Shown: positions 1 to 10,205 of the stretch, one piece after another
Position numbering within the stretch: the first letter of the stretch is position 1
How the letters are laid out: every line of letters begins with the position of its first letter
Origin: a virus
Taxonomy: Duplodnaviria; Heunggongvirae; Uroviricota; Caudoviricetes
IMG/VR virus record: IMGVR_UViG_3300009703_000007
Span: 94,121 to 158,120 of that record
Direction: 5' to 3' (one strand)
Length of the DNA: 64,000 nt
Position numbers and translations under genes: made by a program
The notes under the pieces: generated by a model
Told to the model about the DNA's origin: nothing
The model's database searches: none
Seen by the model: the letters and a program-made list of their open reading frames with translations, nothing else

Positions 1-1660
1 CCTTATCCTTTATCCCTAGTTTCTGATCTCCTACTCTCACTGCATCTTGAAACCAGGTAGGGAATAAATCGCGGCTCTGGTTGTATAGCCGGTTGAAGTC
101 TTTATCTAGGATGTACGTTATTCCGTAGTCCTCAGCATGGCGCATTACTCGCCCATACTGCTGAACTATGGTTCTAGCGGCTTGCTCTGCATACCATTGG
201 TCGTCTTCATGCGCCAGCTGACTTATCAACGGATCTCCAAGATACGGATAAGGTACTTTGGTGATGATGTTGACTCTAGCACGCCCGTCCTTGCCGTTGA
301 ATCCTTCAGACATTGAAGGTGATATCATTACGGCAGTAGTACGGTAGACGTTGGTGAACTCCTTGAGCGCCCTCTCTTTGCTACCACCAGTGTGTAGTAC
401 ACGCCTATACACGTGCTGTGGTGCTAAGCCCTCCCCTATTTCCTTAGCTAATTCCCCTGACACAGTGTGTATTATCACACGAACCTTGTCGTACTGATCA
501 AGTAACGCGTTGATCTTGTCACACATTGCGGGTAGAGTCTTACTCTTAGTTGAGTGGCCCATGGAACCTACAACGTCGCGAAGAGCGGGCCTTCGGTTGA
601 CAGGGAAGGTGCTGGGCATCACCACGTACCCAACTTGATCACGGTCCAATCCCATAGTGGAGCAGAACTGCGTCATACTGAGCGTGGCGCTCATGTAGAT
701 ACGTATACCGTACTGCTCTCGGGGCAGTGCTTGATTAGCGAGCGGTCCTAGGTACTTTGGGCGCACAATGACCTTGGAGAGTTGCCCCTTCTTGTTGGTC
801 TCGAAGTCCATGACAGTCCAGCCAGCGTCGCTAGTAATCCACCCTAGCTGTCTAGACGCCGTAACGTAAGCTCTACGCCTTTCTTCTACTTTGAGTCCAG
901 GTATGGCTGGAGCATTCTTGTAATGTTGAATGACCTTTAGTAGGTACGTTTTTACAGATTCTACATCCTTTGTAAAAAGGTGCGTGTCCCACACGCCGAG
1001 CTCATCTTCCTCCAACTCAATAGTGAAGAAGTCACGTAGTGTGTTCTCTACACCATGTGCCTCGTCAACTATAAGTATGCCGGTTCGCTCCATCGTGGAA
1101 GCGTAAGTCTGAAGGTACAACAGAGTTGAGAAGTTCAACACATTGGGCCACGACGGGGAGGCCGCTTTTACTAAGTTAGCTCTTCGTTTGTACTCGCACG
1201 TAGTACAGTGCCTTGCTGCAAACTGTCGCTTCTTTTCTTTGTTCCCTACAAATGGCAGTACGCAGTCAGTAGCACGTAGTGTGCGGTCCTGAGGATCCGC
1301 CACACACGCGTAGTTGGCTCTGCCTTTTAGGGTGTTGACTTCGAACTCTTCTTCGTACTGGTCCTGTAACATCTTCTGAGGCGTAGCTATGCATACACCA
1401 GAGGGAGGGGCTATTGCCTTGTCAGGCAGCCAAGACCTACAGCTCAAGCCTATAGCTAAGGCAAGCACACTCTTTCCACTACCGGTAGGGGCTTCTATTA
1501 CAATGTCTCTTTTGCCTTGTCCCACCAGTTCCTTCACTTTAGCCACAGTAGCAAGCTGCCCCGGACGAAGGGTGATACCACCCTTGTCCAGAGCTGCCTG
1601 CGCGGCTTTCGTGAGTAGGTCCTTAGCTGATAACTCAGTCTTCGGCCTTTTTCCACTCAT
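1..1660 (-). CDS. DinG/Rad3-like DEAH-box helicase (partial, C-terminus beyond window start)
   Basis: Minus-frame ORF starting ATG at 1660 (MSGKRPKTEL...), not in the ORF track because it runs off the window. Walker A IEAPTGSGKS. DEAH box IVDEAHGV. The arrangement is typical of SF2 DinG/XPD helicases. Confidence 0.7.
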   Translation of the reverse strand, partial: MSGKRPKTELSAKDLLTKAAQAALDKGGITLRPGQLATVAKVKELVGQGKRDIVIEAPTGSGKSVLALAIGLSCRSWLPDKAIAPPSGVCIATPQKMLQDQYEEEFEVNTLKGRANYACVADPQDRTLRATDCVLPFVGNKEKKRQFAARHCTTCEYKRRANLVKAASPSWPNVLNFSTLLYLQTYASTMERTGILIVDEAHGVENTLRDFFTIELEEDELGVWDTHLFTKDVESVKTYLLKVIQHYKNAPAIPGLKVEERRRAYVTASRQLGWITSDAGWTVMDFETNKKGQLSKVIVRPKYLGPLANQALPREQYGIRIYMSATLSMTQFCSTMGLDRDQVGYVVMPSTFPVNRRPALRDVVGSMGHSTKSKTLPAMCDKINALLDQYDKVRVIIHTVSGELAKEIGEGLAPQHVYRRVLHTGGSKERALKEFTNVYRTTAVMISPSMSEGFNGKDGRARVNIITKVPYPYLGDPLISQLAHEDDQWYAEQAARTIVQQYGRVMRHAEDYGITYILDKDFNRLYNQSRDLFPTWFQDAVRVGDQKLGIKDK

Positions 1661-2966
1661 TGACTGCTGCTTCTCTCGCTTCCCAGTAGGCACGCCACTC
1701 CGGGAACTTGGTCATCTCATCGGTGAAGCCGACGATGTATTTGCGGGCGTCGTTGCTGAGAGCGTACTTCTCGTTTGACACGAGACGCATAGCCGCCTGG
1801 GTGACATCGGCAGGGAGATCACACAGAAAGTTGACCACGTTTCGGGCAACGGTATGGGTGGTCTCTCCGGAGGCCTTGTCGGTCTTTAGGTACTTCTTTT
1901 CGTCCAAGGCAGGCTGGGTGTCCCACAGCTGCACCATGGCAGTCTCTGCCAGCGCTGCGATCAGATCGTTGCGTCCCTGGCGGATGAGGGTCTTCATCTT
2001 ACTTCGGTGCTTGTCGTACTCGTAGAGCACGTGGTCCGGAAGAAGCTCTGAGAGGAACCTCTTGGCAAACATCACGAACGTGTTGGCGATGTCCTTACCC
2101 ACCAGTCCAGCGCAGAACGACGTGAACGCCTTGGTATCTACTCCGTTACCGAAGACATTGATACCGTGCGTCTCACACGCGGTGAGGTACACAGACAGCT
2201 TTTCCCAAGCTGCGGGGTTAGCGTAGACGAAGCCCTTGCTACGTGCGGGGATGTCGAGGCAGTGGTCCTTGTGCTGCTGGCAGTAGGCTACTATAGCGGG
2301 GTGGAACCTTGCGTCCTTGATGTGCGCTATGAACTCCGTGTAACTGTAGGTGATTGCCAACCAGCAGAACCGTCGGCGGTATGCGTGGTCGGAGTCTACA
2401 CCGTTACCTTGGTACCCTTCCTTCGGGTTACTGGCTGCTGTGATGTACCAGTTCATCGGAATCTGGAATGAACCCAACTGGCCATCCTCAATGGCGGAGA
2501 ACATGACGCTGCAGACAGCCTTATCCGCACGAGGCCACTCGTCGAAGAAGAGGATAGCGGGGTTACCCGTCTGCTCTACCTCGGCGATGATCCTCTCCGG
2601 TACGTACTCGAAGCACTTGACCACGCTGCCGTGGGTGACTTCACCATCACCGTCCACAACGTCATGACGAATCTCGGAAGGACTGGGGTAGCCACCTACG
2701 TCCTCCTTTTCACGAGACATCAGCTTCCAGTTGATGACGGAGACTGGCTTCTTGAGCTCATCGGAGAGCTCCTTGGCGATCTGGTAGATGATCTGAGTCT
2801 TACCGATGCCTGCCTCTCCCTCGAGGTTGATTACGGTACTACGCACACCCAAAGTACGCTGTGCCAGCGTGGCTCGATGAATGACAGTCTTCGCCTGACG
2901 TAGAGTGACAGGCAGGATGTTTCTAGCCTTGGCGAATTTCGCGTCGGCGTTGTTGTTCGGCGCCAT
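1635..2966 (-). CDS. AAA+ family P-loop ATPase
   Basis: 443-aa ORF. Walker A GEAGIGKTQ. Walker B ILFFDEW. Sensor-1-like ITAASNP. Start overlaps the downstream helicase. Confidence 0.6.
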   Translation of the reverse strand: MAPNNNADAKFAKARNILPVTLRQAKTVIHRATLAQRTLGVRSTVINLEGEAGIGKTQIIYQIAKELSDELKKPVSVINWKLMSREKEDVGGYPSPSEIRHDVVDGDGEVTHGSVVKCFEYVPERIIAEVEQTGNPAILFFDEWPRADKAVCSVMFSAIEDGQLGSFQIPMNWYITAASNPKEGYQGNGVDSDHAYRRRFCWLAITYSYTEFIAHIKDARFHPAIVAYCQQHKDHCLDIPARSKGFVYANPAAWEKLSVYLTACETHGINVFGNGVDTKAFTSFCAGLVGKDIANTFVMFAKRFLSELLPDHVLYEYDKHRSKMKTLIRQGRNDLIAALAETAMVQLWDTQPALDEKKYLKTDKASGETTHTVARNVVNFLCDLPADVTQAAMRLVSNEKYALSNDARKYIVGFTDEMTKFPEWRAYWEAREAAVNEWKKAED

Positions 2967-3022
2967 AAGTGTAGGGCTCCTGTTGTTTGGTTAGGGTCTC
3001 TAATTACGCTAGGTTATAGCAT

Positions 3023-4594
3023 ATGAAGCAGTTCAAGGCCAAGAGGCTTGAAATAGCAGAGAAGTTTATTATGTTGGATGGCAAGCCATTCAATTTGAGA
3101 AACTATCCGCCGTTCATAGATGTGTATAACGTGTTCAATAAACAAGTACTTCTGTTTACTGCGCGCCAGGTTAGTAAGTCCACCACGCTGTCCAACTTAA
3201 TCCTCATCAACTCGATGCGGCCGCACTGGAGAAGCTTGTATGTAGCACCGTCACAGGGTCAGCGCAATGTGTTCTCCAACACGCGATTGGGCAAGGTGAT
3301 GCGGTATTCGCCGCTTATCGATAGGATATTTTCAGGAGGACCCGACACCACGGATCAAGTAGGTCATAAGATGTGGCGTAATGGGTCCGAGATTTTCCTG
3401 TCGTATGCGGATAAGGACCCGGACCGTATTCGCGGTATATCCTCTAACGAGAATTACTACGACGAGGTTCAGGACATGGATTATGACCAGGTAATCCCAG
3501 TCGTGAACGAAACGTTGTCAGCGTCACCCTATGGCGCCCGCGTAAACTACAGCGGTACTCCGAAAACGATGGAGTCAGCTATTCAGTCTTTGCACGATGC
3601 GTCTACGAAGAGTGAGTGGATGATGAAGTGCACAGGCTGCAGAAGATATAATGTACCAGGTATCAGGAACATAGGACTACACGGCCCTATATGTGCCTCG
3701 TGTGGGAAGAAGCTCAACGTTCGTAACGGTGTTTGGGTCGACACGGTCCAAGACAATGATCAAGGGCTGATCAAGGGCTACAGAATTCCACAGATCATTT
3801 TGCCGCTCCACACTGAGAACAGGGAGAAGTGGAAGGAGCTTCGGGCCAAGTACGAGGGCCCCATATCCATCTCAGATTCCAAGTTCAAGAACGAAGTGAT
3901 GGCCCAGTCTGATTCTCTCGGTAAACGTATGATCACGCTGCGTGACTTAGAGGAACTTTGTGTTGAAGACCACGTCATGGGGGAGACGCATAAGGCCAAG
4001 GACTACATCGCTACATTCGGTGGAATCGACTGGTCAGAAGAAGGTAAGAATAGACAGTCACAGACGTGTGTGTGGATTTGGGGTATCCATAAGACCACCA
4101 GACGACTGAGGTGTGTGGACTACAAGGTGTATAACTCCGGGCATCCGTTAGAGGACGTAGAAGACATCGCGTCCATACTGTCTGCCTGGAGGTGTCAGAT
4201 GGTTGTAGGTGATAGGGGAGGGGGAGCGCATGCCAATGCTCTGATTGACGCGTCTATAGGAGAGAACCGTACCTTTCAGATTCAGTGGGGGGCCTTCAAG
4301 AAGCCTATTACCTGGAGCACGCCTACTAACGCGTACTTTGTAGACAAGACCACTGCGTTTGACTCCTTCTTCCTCACAGTGAAGAAAGGCGTGGAGCTTG
4401 AGTTCGGGTCCCGGAAGGACATGGCAAAGGGGTTCAAGCACTTCCTCAGTGAGTACGAAGAAGTGACGCAGAACGGTGACGGTAGGCGGGTGTGGCGCAG
4501 GTCAGCCAGTAAACCAGATGATGCGCTACACGCCGCCGTGTTTGGGTGGATTGGATCTAAGGTATGGGCTGATAAGCTAGCCTTTTATACCTAG
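3023..4594 (+). CDS. terminase large subunit (TerL)-like
   Basis: 523-aa ORF. Deviant Walker A FTARQVSKST. Walker B YYDEV. C-terminal RNaseH-like nuclease acidic residues (FGGIDWSE, DDALHAAVF). Internal Cys4 ribbon. Confidence 0.6.
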   Translation: MKQFKAKRLEIAEKFIMLDGKPFNLRNYPPFIDVYNVFNKQVLLFTARQVSKSTTLSNLILINSMRPHWRSLYVAPSQGQRNVFSNTRLGKVMRYSPLIDRIFSGGPDTTDQVGHKMWRNGSEIFLSYADKDPDRIRGISSNENYYDEVQDMDYDQVIPVVNETLSASPYGARVNYSGTPKTMESAIQSLHDASTKSEWMMKCTGCRRYNVPGIRNIGLHGPICASCGKKLNVRNGVWVDTVQDNDQGLIKGYRIPQIILPLHTENREKWKELRAKYEGPISISDSKFKNEVMAQSDSLGKRMITLRDLEELCVEDHVMGETHKAKDYIATFGGIDWSEEGKNRQSQTCVWIWGIHKTTRRLRCVDYKVYNSGHPLEDVEDIASILSAWRCQMVVGDRGGGAHANALIDASIGENRTFQIQWGAFKKPITWSTPTNAYFVDKTTAFDSFFLTVKKGVELEFGSRKDMAKGFKHFLSEYEEVTQNGDGRRVWRRSASKPDDALHAAVFGWIGSKVWADKLAFYT

Positions 4595-4869
4595 ACTCTC
4601 GTTGTAGTGCTCGGCCTTCCTGCAGTAGCTTGAATTGTATAGCTCTGTCCAGGCGACGGTCCTTGTTCTTCTTTTGAGTTTCTAGGCGCGTTGGATCATA
4701 GTCCAACTTGTCTACGGCTAAGTCTAATAGCTCCTTTTTCCAGGTCATACGGGCCTCCTAATCAGCTAGGTCGGCGTCCGATAAGTTCCTATATGAACTT
4801 GTCTGACTTCTCCGGGAGGCTATTCCACAGTGACGAAGTTACTTCATCTACGGTCTTACGTATCCTGAT

Positions 4870-5097
4870 TTAAGTTAGGTCGATGCGTTTTGGCACGTAC
4901 CTGAATGAGTCCACCATCTCGCCATGGCCACAGCATGCGGCTAAAACGAGGTTCTTTACGTCGGGACTGTCAGACTTCTTGTACAAGTCGACACAAGGAG
5001 ACACAGGCCCCCAGCATCGCTTTGCGTCAGCACTATACCACGCACAGTCTTCTGTGGTATAGGTTTCCTTCTCTTCTACAGGCCTACTAGGTATCAT
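4870..5097 (-). CDS. small Cys-rich hypothetical protein
   Basis: Distal part of track ORF 4870..5181, whose N-terminal part is the tRNA-Thr read-through. Internal ATG after the tRNA. Cys-rich sequence (CAWY, CWGPVSPC, CCGHGE). Confidence 0.25.
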   Translation of the reverse strand: MIPSRPVEEKETYTTEDCAWYSADAKRCWGPVSPCVDLYKKSDSPDVKNLVLAACCGHGEMVDSFRYVPKRIDLT

Positions 5098-5111
5098 CCA
5101 AACCTCTACAA

Positions 5112-5187
5112 TGGTGCTGGCGACAGGACTTGAACCTGTAACCTGCTGATTACAAATCAGCTGCTCTACCAGTTGAGCCACGCCAGC
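5112..5187 (-). tRNA. tRNA-Thr (anticodon TGT)
   Basis: Hand-folded cloverleaf. Acceptor gctggcg/cgccagc. D stem gctc/gagc. Anticodon stem gctga/tcagc with loop tttgtaa. T arm acagg-ttcaagt-cctgt. CCA encoded. Confidence 0.85.
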
Positions 5188-5554
5188 ATCCGTTATAGTA
5201 TAAAGCGGAGCAAGCCCTCTACAGGCCTACTCCGCGTTGCGAAGGGTAGTGGTGAGGCGGGGTGGTCTAGAGGATGAAGTGGAAACTCATGGAATGTGAC
5301 ATGGGCGCTGCGAAATGCATCTTCGACCAGTCACGAGCCTCTACCGGTTTACGCTTAGGCTTCTTCCTCGTCTGCGCACGAAGGTCGTACAGAGACGCCA
5401 TAGCGCTTCCGAGCTGCATCATTTCACTATTTTCCAACATCTGGCAAAAACCATTAGTCATTTCTTTAAGGGCTGCGGTGTCGACGTTACGAATCATTTG
5501 TCTCGGATGCTCCTGTATCTATTTTAGGGTGACGGAAGGGGTTAAGTCAAGGAC

Positions 5555-5630
5555 TGGCTGCGCCACTTGGGTTCGAACCAAGGACCACCTGATTAACAGT
5601 CAGGCGCTCTACCAACTGAGCTATGGCGCA
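5555..5630 (-). tRNA. tRNA-Asn (anticodon GTT)
   Basis: Acceptor tgcgcca/tggcgca. Anticodon loop ctgttaa. T arm cttgg-ttcgaac-ccaag. CCA encoded. Confidence 0.85.
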
Positions 5631-5822
5631 AGATCCAGCGAATGCGTTAGTGTAACCAGTAAATATATACTGCTAAATCCCTTAGAGCACGCGACGCGTG
5701 CGAGGGCCATACAGATCTTAAACTGGGCGCCGTAGAAGCCCAAGATGGATCTGTTGTGCAACATCGTAGGAGTAGCTCCTACTACACGTTATTGCACCCG
5801 CTGGAAACTTTAGTCAAGGGAA

Positions 5823-6332
5823 CTAGACGCGGACCAGAGCCCTCTCGTCGTTCCAGGTGTGGTCTCGGAACCGGTTGCCGTCGTTGGCCTTCTCCGCGCG
5901 GAAGGTACGGGGAAGCTTCTTCAGCGTCACCGACTCGTTGAGTAGCCGTGTGACGTAGGTCTCGGCGTTACCCTCGGGTATCTGCATGTCGAAGCACGCG
6001 CCGTTGGCTTTCTGGAGACGCCGAGTCACGAGATCTCGAGCCCACGACTTGGTGTAGTTTCTCGTCTCGTGCTGAGGGTTGTAGCGCGCGAGCGCAGCTC
6101 GGAAGTTCCGGGCTCCGGTAATCCCCTCAGGAGATGGAGTCTCGTCCAATCGAACGAACCCGAAGGTCACCCGCTGGCCGTTGTTCATGTGGACGTGTCG
6201 GAAGTAAATCCTACGCCCCTCGCTGTCGCGATATTGAACAGGATCGGTAGCCTGCTCTGCTGTGTCACTCATAGAATCCTCTGACGTATGAGTTAGGGGC
6301 TGAGCTATGCGCCCAGCCTGGGGTGTTATCAT
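5823..6332 (-). CDS. hypothetical protein
   Basis: 169-aa ORF. Start codon overlaps the polymerase stop codon. Confidence 0.4.
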   Translation of the reverse strand: MITPQAGRIAQPLTHTSEDSMSDTAEQATDPVQYRDSEGRRIYFRHVHMNNGQRVTFGFVRLDETPSPEGITGARNFRAALARYNPQHETRNYTKSWARDLVTRRLQKANGACFDMQIPEGNAETYVTRLLNESVTLKKLPRTFRAEKANDGNRFRDHTWNDERALVRV

Positions 6333-9313
6333 AGGCTTTTACCAGATTCGGAAGCTAGATTCTTGAGGTAAGTCTCTAGCTCAGTGCTCTCACCATAGCT
6401 TGGGCCTACTTCTACGTCGTATCTCATAGGCACGGGTAGCCACGGGTAGCGCTCCGTTATCCGATCTCTCGCCCACTTATCTAGGAACGGCTTAAGCTCG
6501 TTCAGCCGTGATTTGGGCATCGTGAACACGATAGAGTCGTGGACGGTTATGCGCACAGTTCCACCTATCTCTCCTATGTGCTCTGCCATCTCTATCAGCT
6601 GTCCGAAGACAATGTCGCTAGCGGTGGACTGGATTTTGAAGTTAACTGCTTCACGTATGGCTGCGTTGAACATCCCTCGAAGTCCACGAAGCGGAAATCG
6701 TCTACGACGTCCCATCCGTGTTTCCACCCACCCTTGTTTGACAACCTCTCTCTTCGTTTCAGAGATGTAGTTCTCTATGAGTGGAAAAGCCTTCATTAGA
6801 CCGTTGATGATCTCCTGTGCTTCATGCTCTGGTATTTCCAGGTCTTGAGCTAGCCGGATCTTAGTCATGCCATACAGCACACCGAATACTGTACGCTTTG
6901 TCTTACGTCGGGCTTCTTCGTACACAGGAAGCAGGTGCATGATGCTAGCTCGATGCGTGTACTCCTTCTTAGACAGCCCCGTCGCTTCTCCTTCAGTCAT
7001 CCGTACCAAGATTATGTCTCGGTAGGGAATTATATCCTTAGGGTCTTTAGCGATAGCCGCGGATATTCTGTGGGTGAACAGGCTGTGTATGTCTTCTTCC
7101 GGATTCTTGAGAACGCGTATAAGGTCAGGGTCTGGAGCGTATGCACTCAGTACCCGTAGCTCAGCACCACTGTAATCCATGTTGACAACAACGTCGTTGG
7201 CATCTACGGGAATGAAGAGCTTCTTGATGTTGATGCCGTGCATTTTCTTGGGGATATTCTGAAGGTTCTTCCGAGCAGAGCTCAGACGTCCTGTGGAGGT
7301 TCCGTTGATGTTGAACTGCGTGTGTATGCGGCCGTCCAGCTCCGACAGTTCGTGAATGCCTGTACGGCCTCTTAGGAAGCCATTGAGCGCCTTGCTGCAT
7401 TCTCTGAAGTTGAGTATAGCCCTGCACAACAGTGCCCCGTCAGGAGTAACGTCTTCGTGCTTGACTAGCCGCTCAAGGGCAGCTTTGTCAGCTGTTGGGT
7501 TGCCCGTCTTCTCGCTAGTAGCTACGATGGGCATGCCTTGTTCCATGAACAGAACGGTAGGCAGGTCCTTACTGGAGTTGATGTTGAATTCGTGTCCAGC
7601 GAGTCTGAACACCTCCTCCTGGTACTTTTCCTTAAGCTCCCTAAACTGAACCTCCAGCTTTTCTAGATACTTTCGGTCTATAGCGAACCCTGCCATCTCC
7701 ATGTCACCAAGAACTTGCGTTCCAGGGAGAGCGTAAGTGGTCATCACGCTGTACAAGCCTGGTGTAAATCTTTTTACCTGAGCTTTAGTTATACGTCGCG
7801 TGATATCCGCGTCTATAGATGCATAGATCAGGAGCATGTTCAGAGGAATGTCTTCGAACGTTGTTTGTTCTCCCTTCTTGCGCTCCAACTTCTCCCGAGC
7901 TTTCTTGGCTTTCTTGGCATCCTTTGTACGGGTATACGCGCCCTCTATGAGCGCAATCTCTCTAGCAAGTGCTCGAAGTTCCAGGCCTTCCTTTTCAGTC
8001 AAGGTTCCAGCTGTGACCTTACGACGTAATTTGCCGCGCTTCTTCCGAAAAGGTGCACCCTTGTTTTTGTAGAACTCCAGTCGGACATCCAGGTCTTCGG
8101 GAGCGTCAGGATCATCTCCCACTTCCAGCAGTACAAGAGCCTCATTCATCAGAGCTTCCTTGAGCTCCTCAGTCTGGTCCACTTCCTCTTGTAGAGCCTC
8201 TGGAGTGATGGAATCTTCAGAATTAAGCAGTTCAGTCTGTGTGTTCAGAAACTGCTTGACCTTGTTTTCGTACCCTACAAACTCTGGGACGTAGTATGTC
8301 GTTAGAGACTTCAAACCGTAGTAGCCTCTCTTGGCCTCATCCAGTAGGTGCTCACCCAACATGCTGTCCCAAGCTACGCCCTTTACCGGAATGCCAAGTA
8401 CATGCTCTATGAACTTGACGTCGAACTTACCGTTATGAAACGCCTTGGGCTTAGAGCTACTAAGTATCTGTGTCAGCAACGGTTTGAGCGGAGTCCAGTC
8501 GTAAGGAGCATCCTTGTGGTCTAATACGATTGCAGTGGACGCACCATGATCCCAGCTGATGCTGATCATGATAACCTTAGCATCAGGGCTGTGGGGGAGC
8601 AACGTGTTGGTTTCTACGTCAACTGCCACCAGCCACTTGTCAGGGTCACCGTTTTCTTCCCCTGTGTACGCAAGAATCTTACGAAGAGCTCTATCAGCAC
8701 CTGCCAGGTCAGGAGGGATATCGTAATCCGACGTCAGCTCTTCCAGCTTGATAGGCGCTGTCTCGTCTACCATAGGGCGATGTGCGTAGTCGATAGCTCT
8801 ACGAACGTCATCTCTGAAGGTATTATAAAGCCCCGATGACTTGAACACCGAGTAGGGGTGCAACGTAGGTAGTATTCGATAGTTGATACCGTCTATGTTC
8901 AGAGTCATCTCTTTCCCTGATACTTTTCGTATACTACGTGCCTTCACGCCTAGTGTCTTGAGGGCATCTCCGCCCATAGGTACTATGACTCTAGGAGCTA
9001 CACTGTGTATTTCCTGTAGTACCTGCGGAGCACACTTCTTCAGGCTCACGGCATCTATCTTAGAGGACCCACACCTAGTAGAGTACGCAAAGTACCTGGT
9101 GAAGTTCCTGTACCTGTCACCGTGCTTGGCCAGCTCCGCTATCGCGCTGTCAAGCACCTTGTTAGCACTGGAAGTGAACGGCTTATCGTATATGAGCTCA
9201 CTATCGGCGGGGTTACCTACGAGGAATAGGACATCAGGTGACCTTGGTCCTCTACCTCTAAACCCGCGTTCGTCGTACCGAGGACATCCTCGACATAATT
9301 CAGTCTTTTGCAT
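6329..9313 (-). CDS. family A DNA polymerase with 3'-5' exonuclease and an N-terminal UDG (family 4-like) domain
   Basis: 994 aa. N-terminal UDG-like domain: CRGC...LFLVGNPADSE...LPTLHPY (compare UDG-4 GEAPG / HPS motifs). Exo I VAVDVETN. Exo II HNGKFD. Pol motif A DYSGAELR. Motif B RRKTKRTVFGVLYG. Motif C VHDSIVF. Confidence 0.9.
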   Translation of the reverse strand: MQKTELCRGCPRYDERGFRGRGPRSPDVLFLVGNPADSELIYDKPFTSSANKVLDSAIAELAKHGDRYRNFTRYFAYSTRCGSSKIDAVSLKKCAPQVLQEIHSVAPRVIVPMGGDALKTLGVKARSIRKVSGKEMTLNIDGINYRILPTLHPYSVFKSSGLYNTFRDDVRRAIDYAHRPMVDETAPIKLEELTSDYDIPPDLAGADRALRKILAYTGEENGDPDKWLVAVDVETNTLLPHSPDAKVIMISISWDHGASTAIVLDHKDAPYDWTPLKPLLTQILSSSKPKAFHNGKFDVKFIEHVLGIPVKGVAWDSMLGEHLLDEAKRGYYGLKSLTTYYVPEFVGYENKVKQFLNTQTELLNSEDSITPEALQEEVDQTEELKEALMNEALVLLEVGDDPDAPEDLDVRLEFYKNKGAPFRKKRGKLRRKVTAGTLTEKEGLELRALAREIALIEGAYTRTKDAKKAKKAREKLERKKGEQTTFEDIPLNMLLIYASIDADITRRITKAQVKRFTPGLYSVMTTYALPGTQVLGDMEMAGFAIDRKYLEKLEVQFRELKEKYQEEVFRLAGHEFNINSSKDLPTVLFMEQGMPIVATSEKTGNPTADKAALERLVKHEDVTPDGALLCRAILNFRECSKALNGFLRGRTGIHELSELDGRIHTQFNINGTSTGRLSSARKNLQNIPKKMHGINIKKLFIPVDANDVVVNMDYSGAELRVLSAYAPDPDLIRVLKNPEEDIHSLFTHRISAAIAKDPKDIIPYRDIILVRMTEGEATGLSKKEYTHRASIMHLLPVYEEARRKTKRTVFGVLYGMTKIRLAQDLEIPEHEAQEIINGLMKAFPLIENYISETKREVVKQGWVETRMGRRRRFPLRGLRGMFNAAIREAVNFKIQSTASDIVFGQLIEMAEHIGEIGGTVRITVHDSIVFTMPKSRLNELKPFLDKWARDRITERYPWLPVPMRYDVEVGPSYGESTELETYLKNLASESGKSL

Positions 9314-9584
9314 TTGGACGGAAAATCGCTACGTATCTCCAAGTTAAGTTATCTGTATCCCAGCATTTATGGACATCACTTTCTCTTAGGCTGCGGCCCT
9401 GAGCGATTTGGTGTCGATGCATGTCGGGATCGTGTATGTTGTTAGTGATCACAATCTCAGTTTGGACTGCAGGTACTAAAAGGAAGGTCTTGATCCCAGG
9501 CGCCTCCTGCTGCGCTCCCTCCCCAGAATCGCTATGACCCGAGGGAGGAGGCAACAGGAGCTGGGCTGGCGCCCAAGGTAGCAT
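9300..9584 (-). CDS. hypothetical protein
   Basis: 94-aa ORF tightly coupled between the E1-like gene and the polymerase. Confidence 0.3.
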   Translation of the reverse strand: MLPWAPAQLLLPPPSGHSDSGEGAQQEAPGIKTFLLVPAVQTEIVITNNIHDPDMHRHQIAQGRSLRESDVHKCWDTDNLTWRYVAIFRPNAKD

Positions 9585-10205
9585 TTAGAATCGCTTAATG
9601 AAGCTGCCTGGGTTGGCGATGCCTCGTATGCGGTTGATTACAAGCTGAGCACCTATGGGGCCAATGATCTGGTTACCCAACTGGATGATACCCGCTGCCA
9701 TGTCGGACGGACGCTGACAACTACCATCTTCGTCACTTGCAGACGCCAGTGTTGCAGACAGCTTGTCGTACCGATCTCGCCTCTCGTCGGGTGTAGCAGC
9801 GCCTACTGCGCTACCCGGCGTAAAGAAGCTGATGGTACGCCCCTCTGCACGAAGGTCGATGAAGTACGTTCCAGTGTTGAGCCAGTGATCGAATACTGCC
9901 TGTCTAGTAGCGGCGTTGTCCACCGCGCATACCAAGATGTCAGGGCTGAACCCCTCCATGTCCTTAGCAGTGACCCGCTTACAGTGCCCCGGAAAGCCTA
10001 GCCGGTAGTCTATTGCTTCGACCTTGTCCAGGCCGATATCCTCCGCCTCGAAGTTCTGATAGGTGATATTCTTTTCTTCTACGATATCTGGGTCGAAGAA
10101 CTGGATGTCGGTTTTGTCTGGAAACTGCTTGGCTTTCTCTAGGTTAGATAGAGTCTGCGCGAAGAAGCTACCAATACCGCCGGCGCCAAGAGTGAAAATC
10201 TGCAT
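9585..10205 (-). CDS. E1-like / ThiF-MoeB family adenylyltransferase (minimal, 206 aa)
   Basis: Rossmann motif GAGGIGS near the N-terminus. Segment FDPDIVEEKNITYQNF corresponds to ThiF/MoeB DxDxVExSNLNRQ. Conserved core ILVCAVDNAATRQ. Confidence 0.7.
   Translation of the reverse strand: MQIFTLGAGGIGSFFAQTLSNLEKAKQFPDKTDIQFFDPDIVEEKNITYQNFEAEDIGLDKVEAIDYRLGFPGHCKRVTAKDMEGFSPDILVCAVDNAATRQAVFDHWLNTGTYFIDLRAEGRTISFFTPGSAVGAATPDERRDRYDKLSATLASASDEDGSCQRPSDMAAGIIQLGNQIIGPIGAQLVINRIRGIANPGSFIKRF

Noticed and set aside
554-1778. Plus-strand ORFs 554..751 and 1389..1778
   Set aside because: Antisense to the DinG-like helicase ORF, which has clear helicase motifs.
4870-5735. Track ORFs 4870..5181(-), 5274..5735(+) and the N-terminal part of 46169..46495(-) that run through tRNA genes
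   Set aside because: The translated segments are tRNA sequence (for example ...LVEQLICNQQV...). Only the tRNA-free distal parts were kept as tentative small ORFs.
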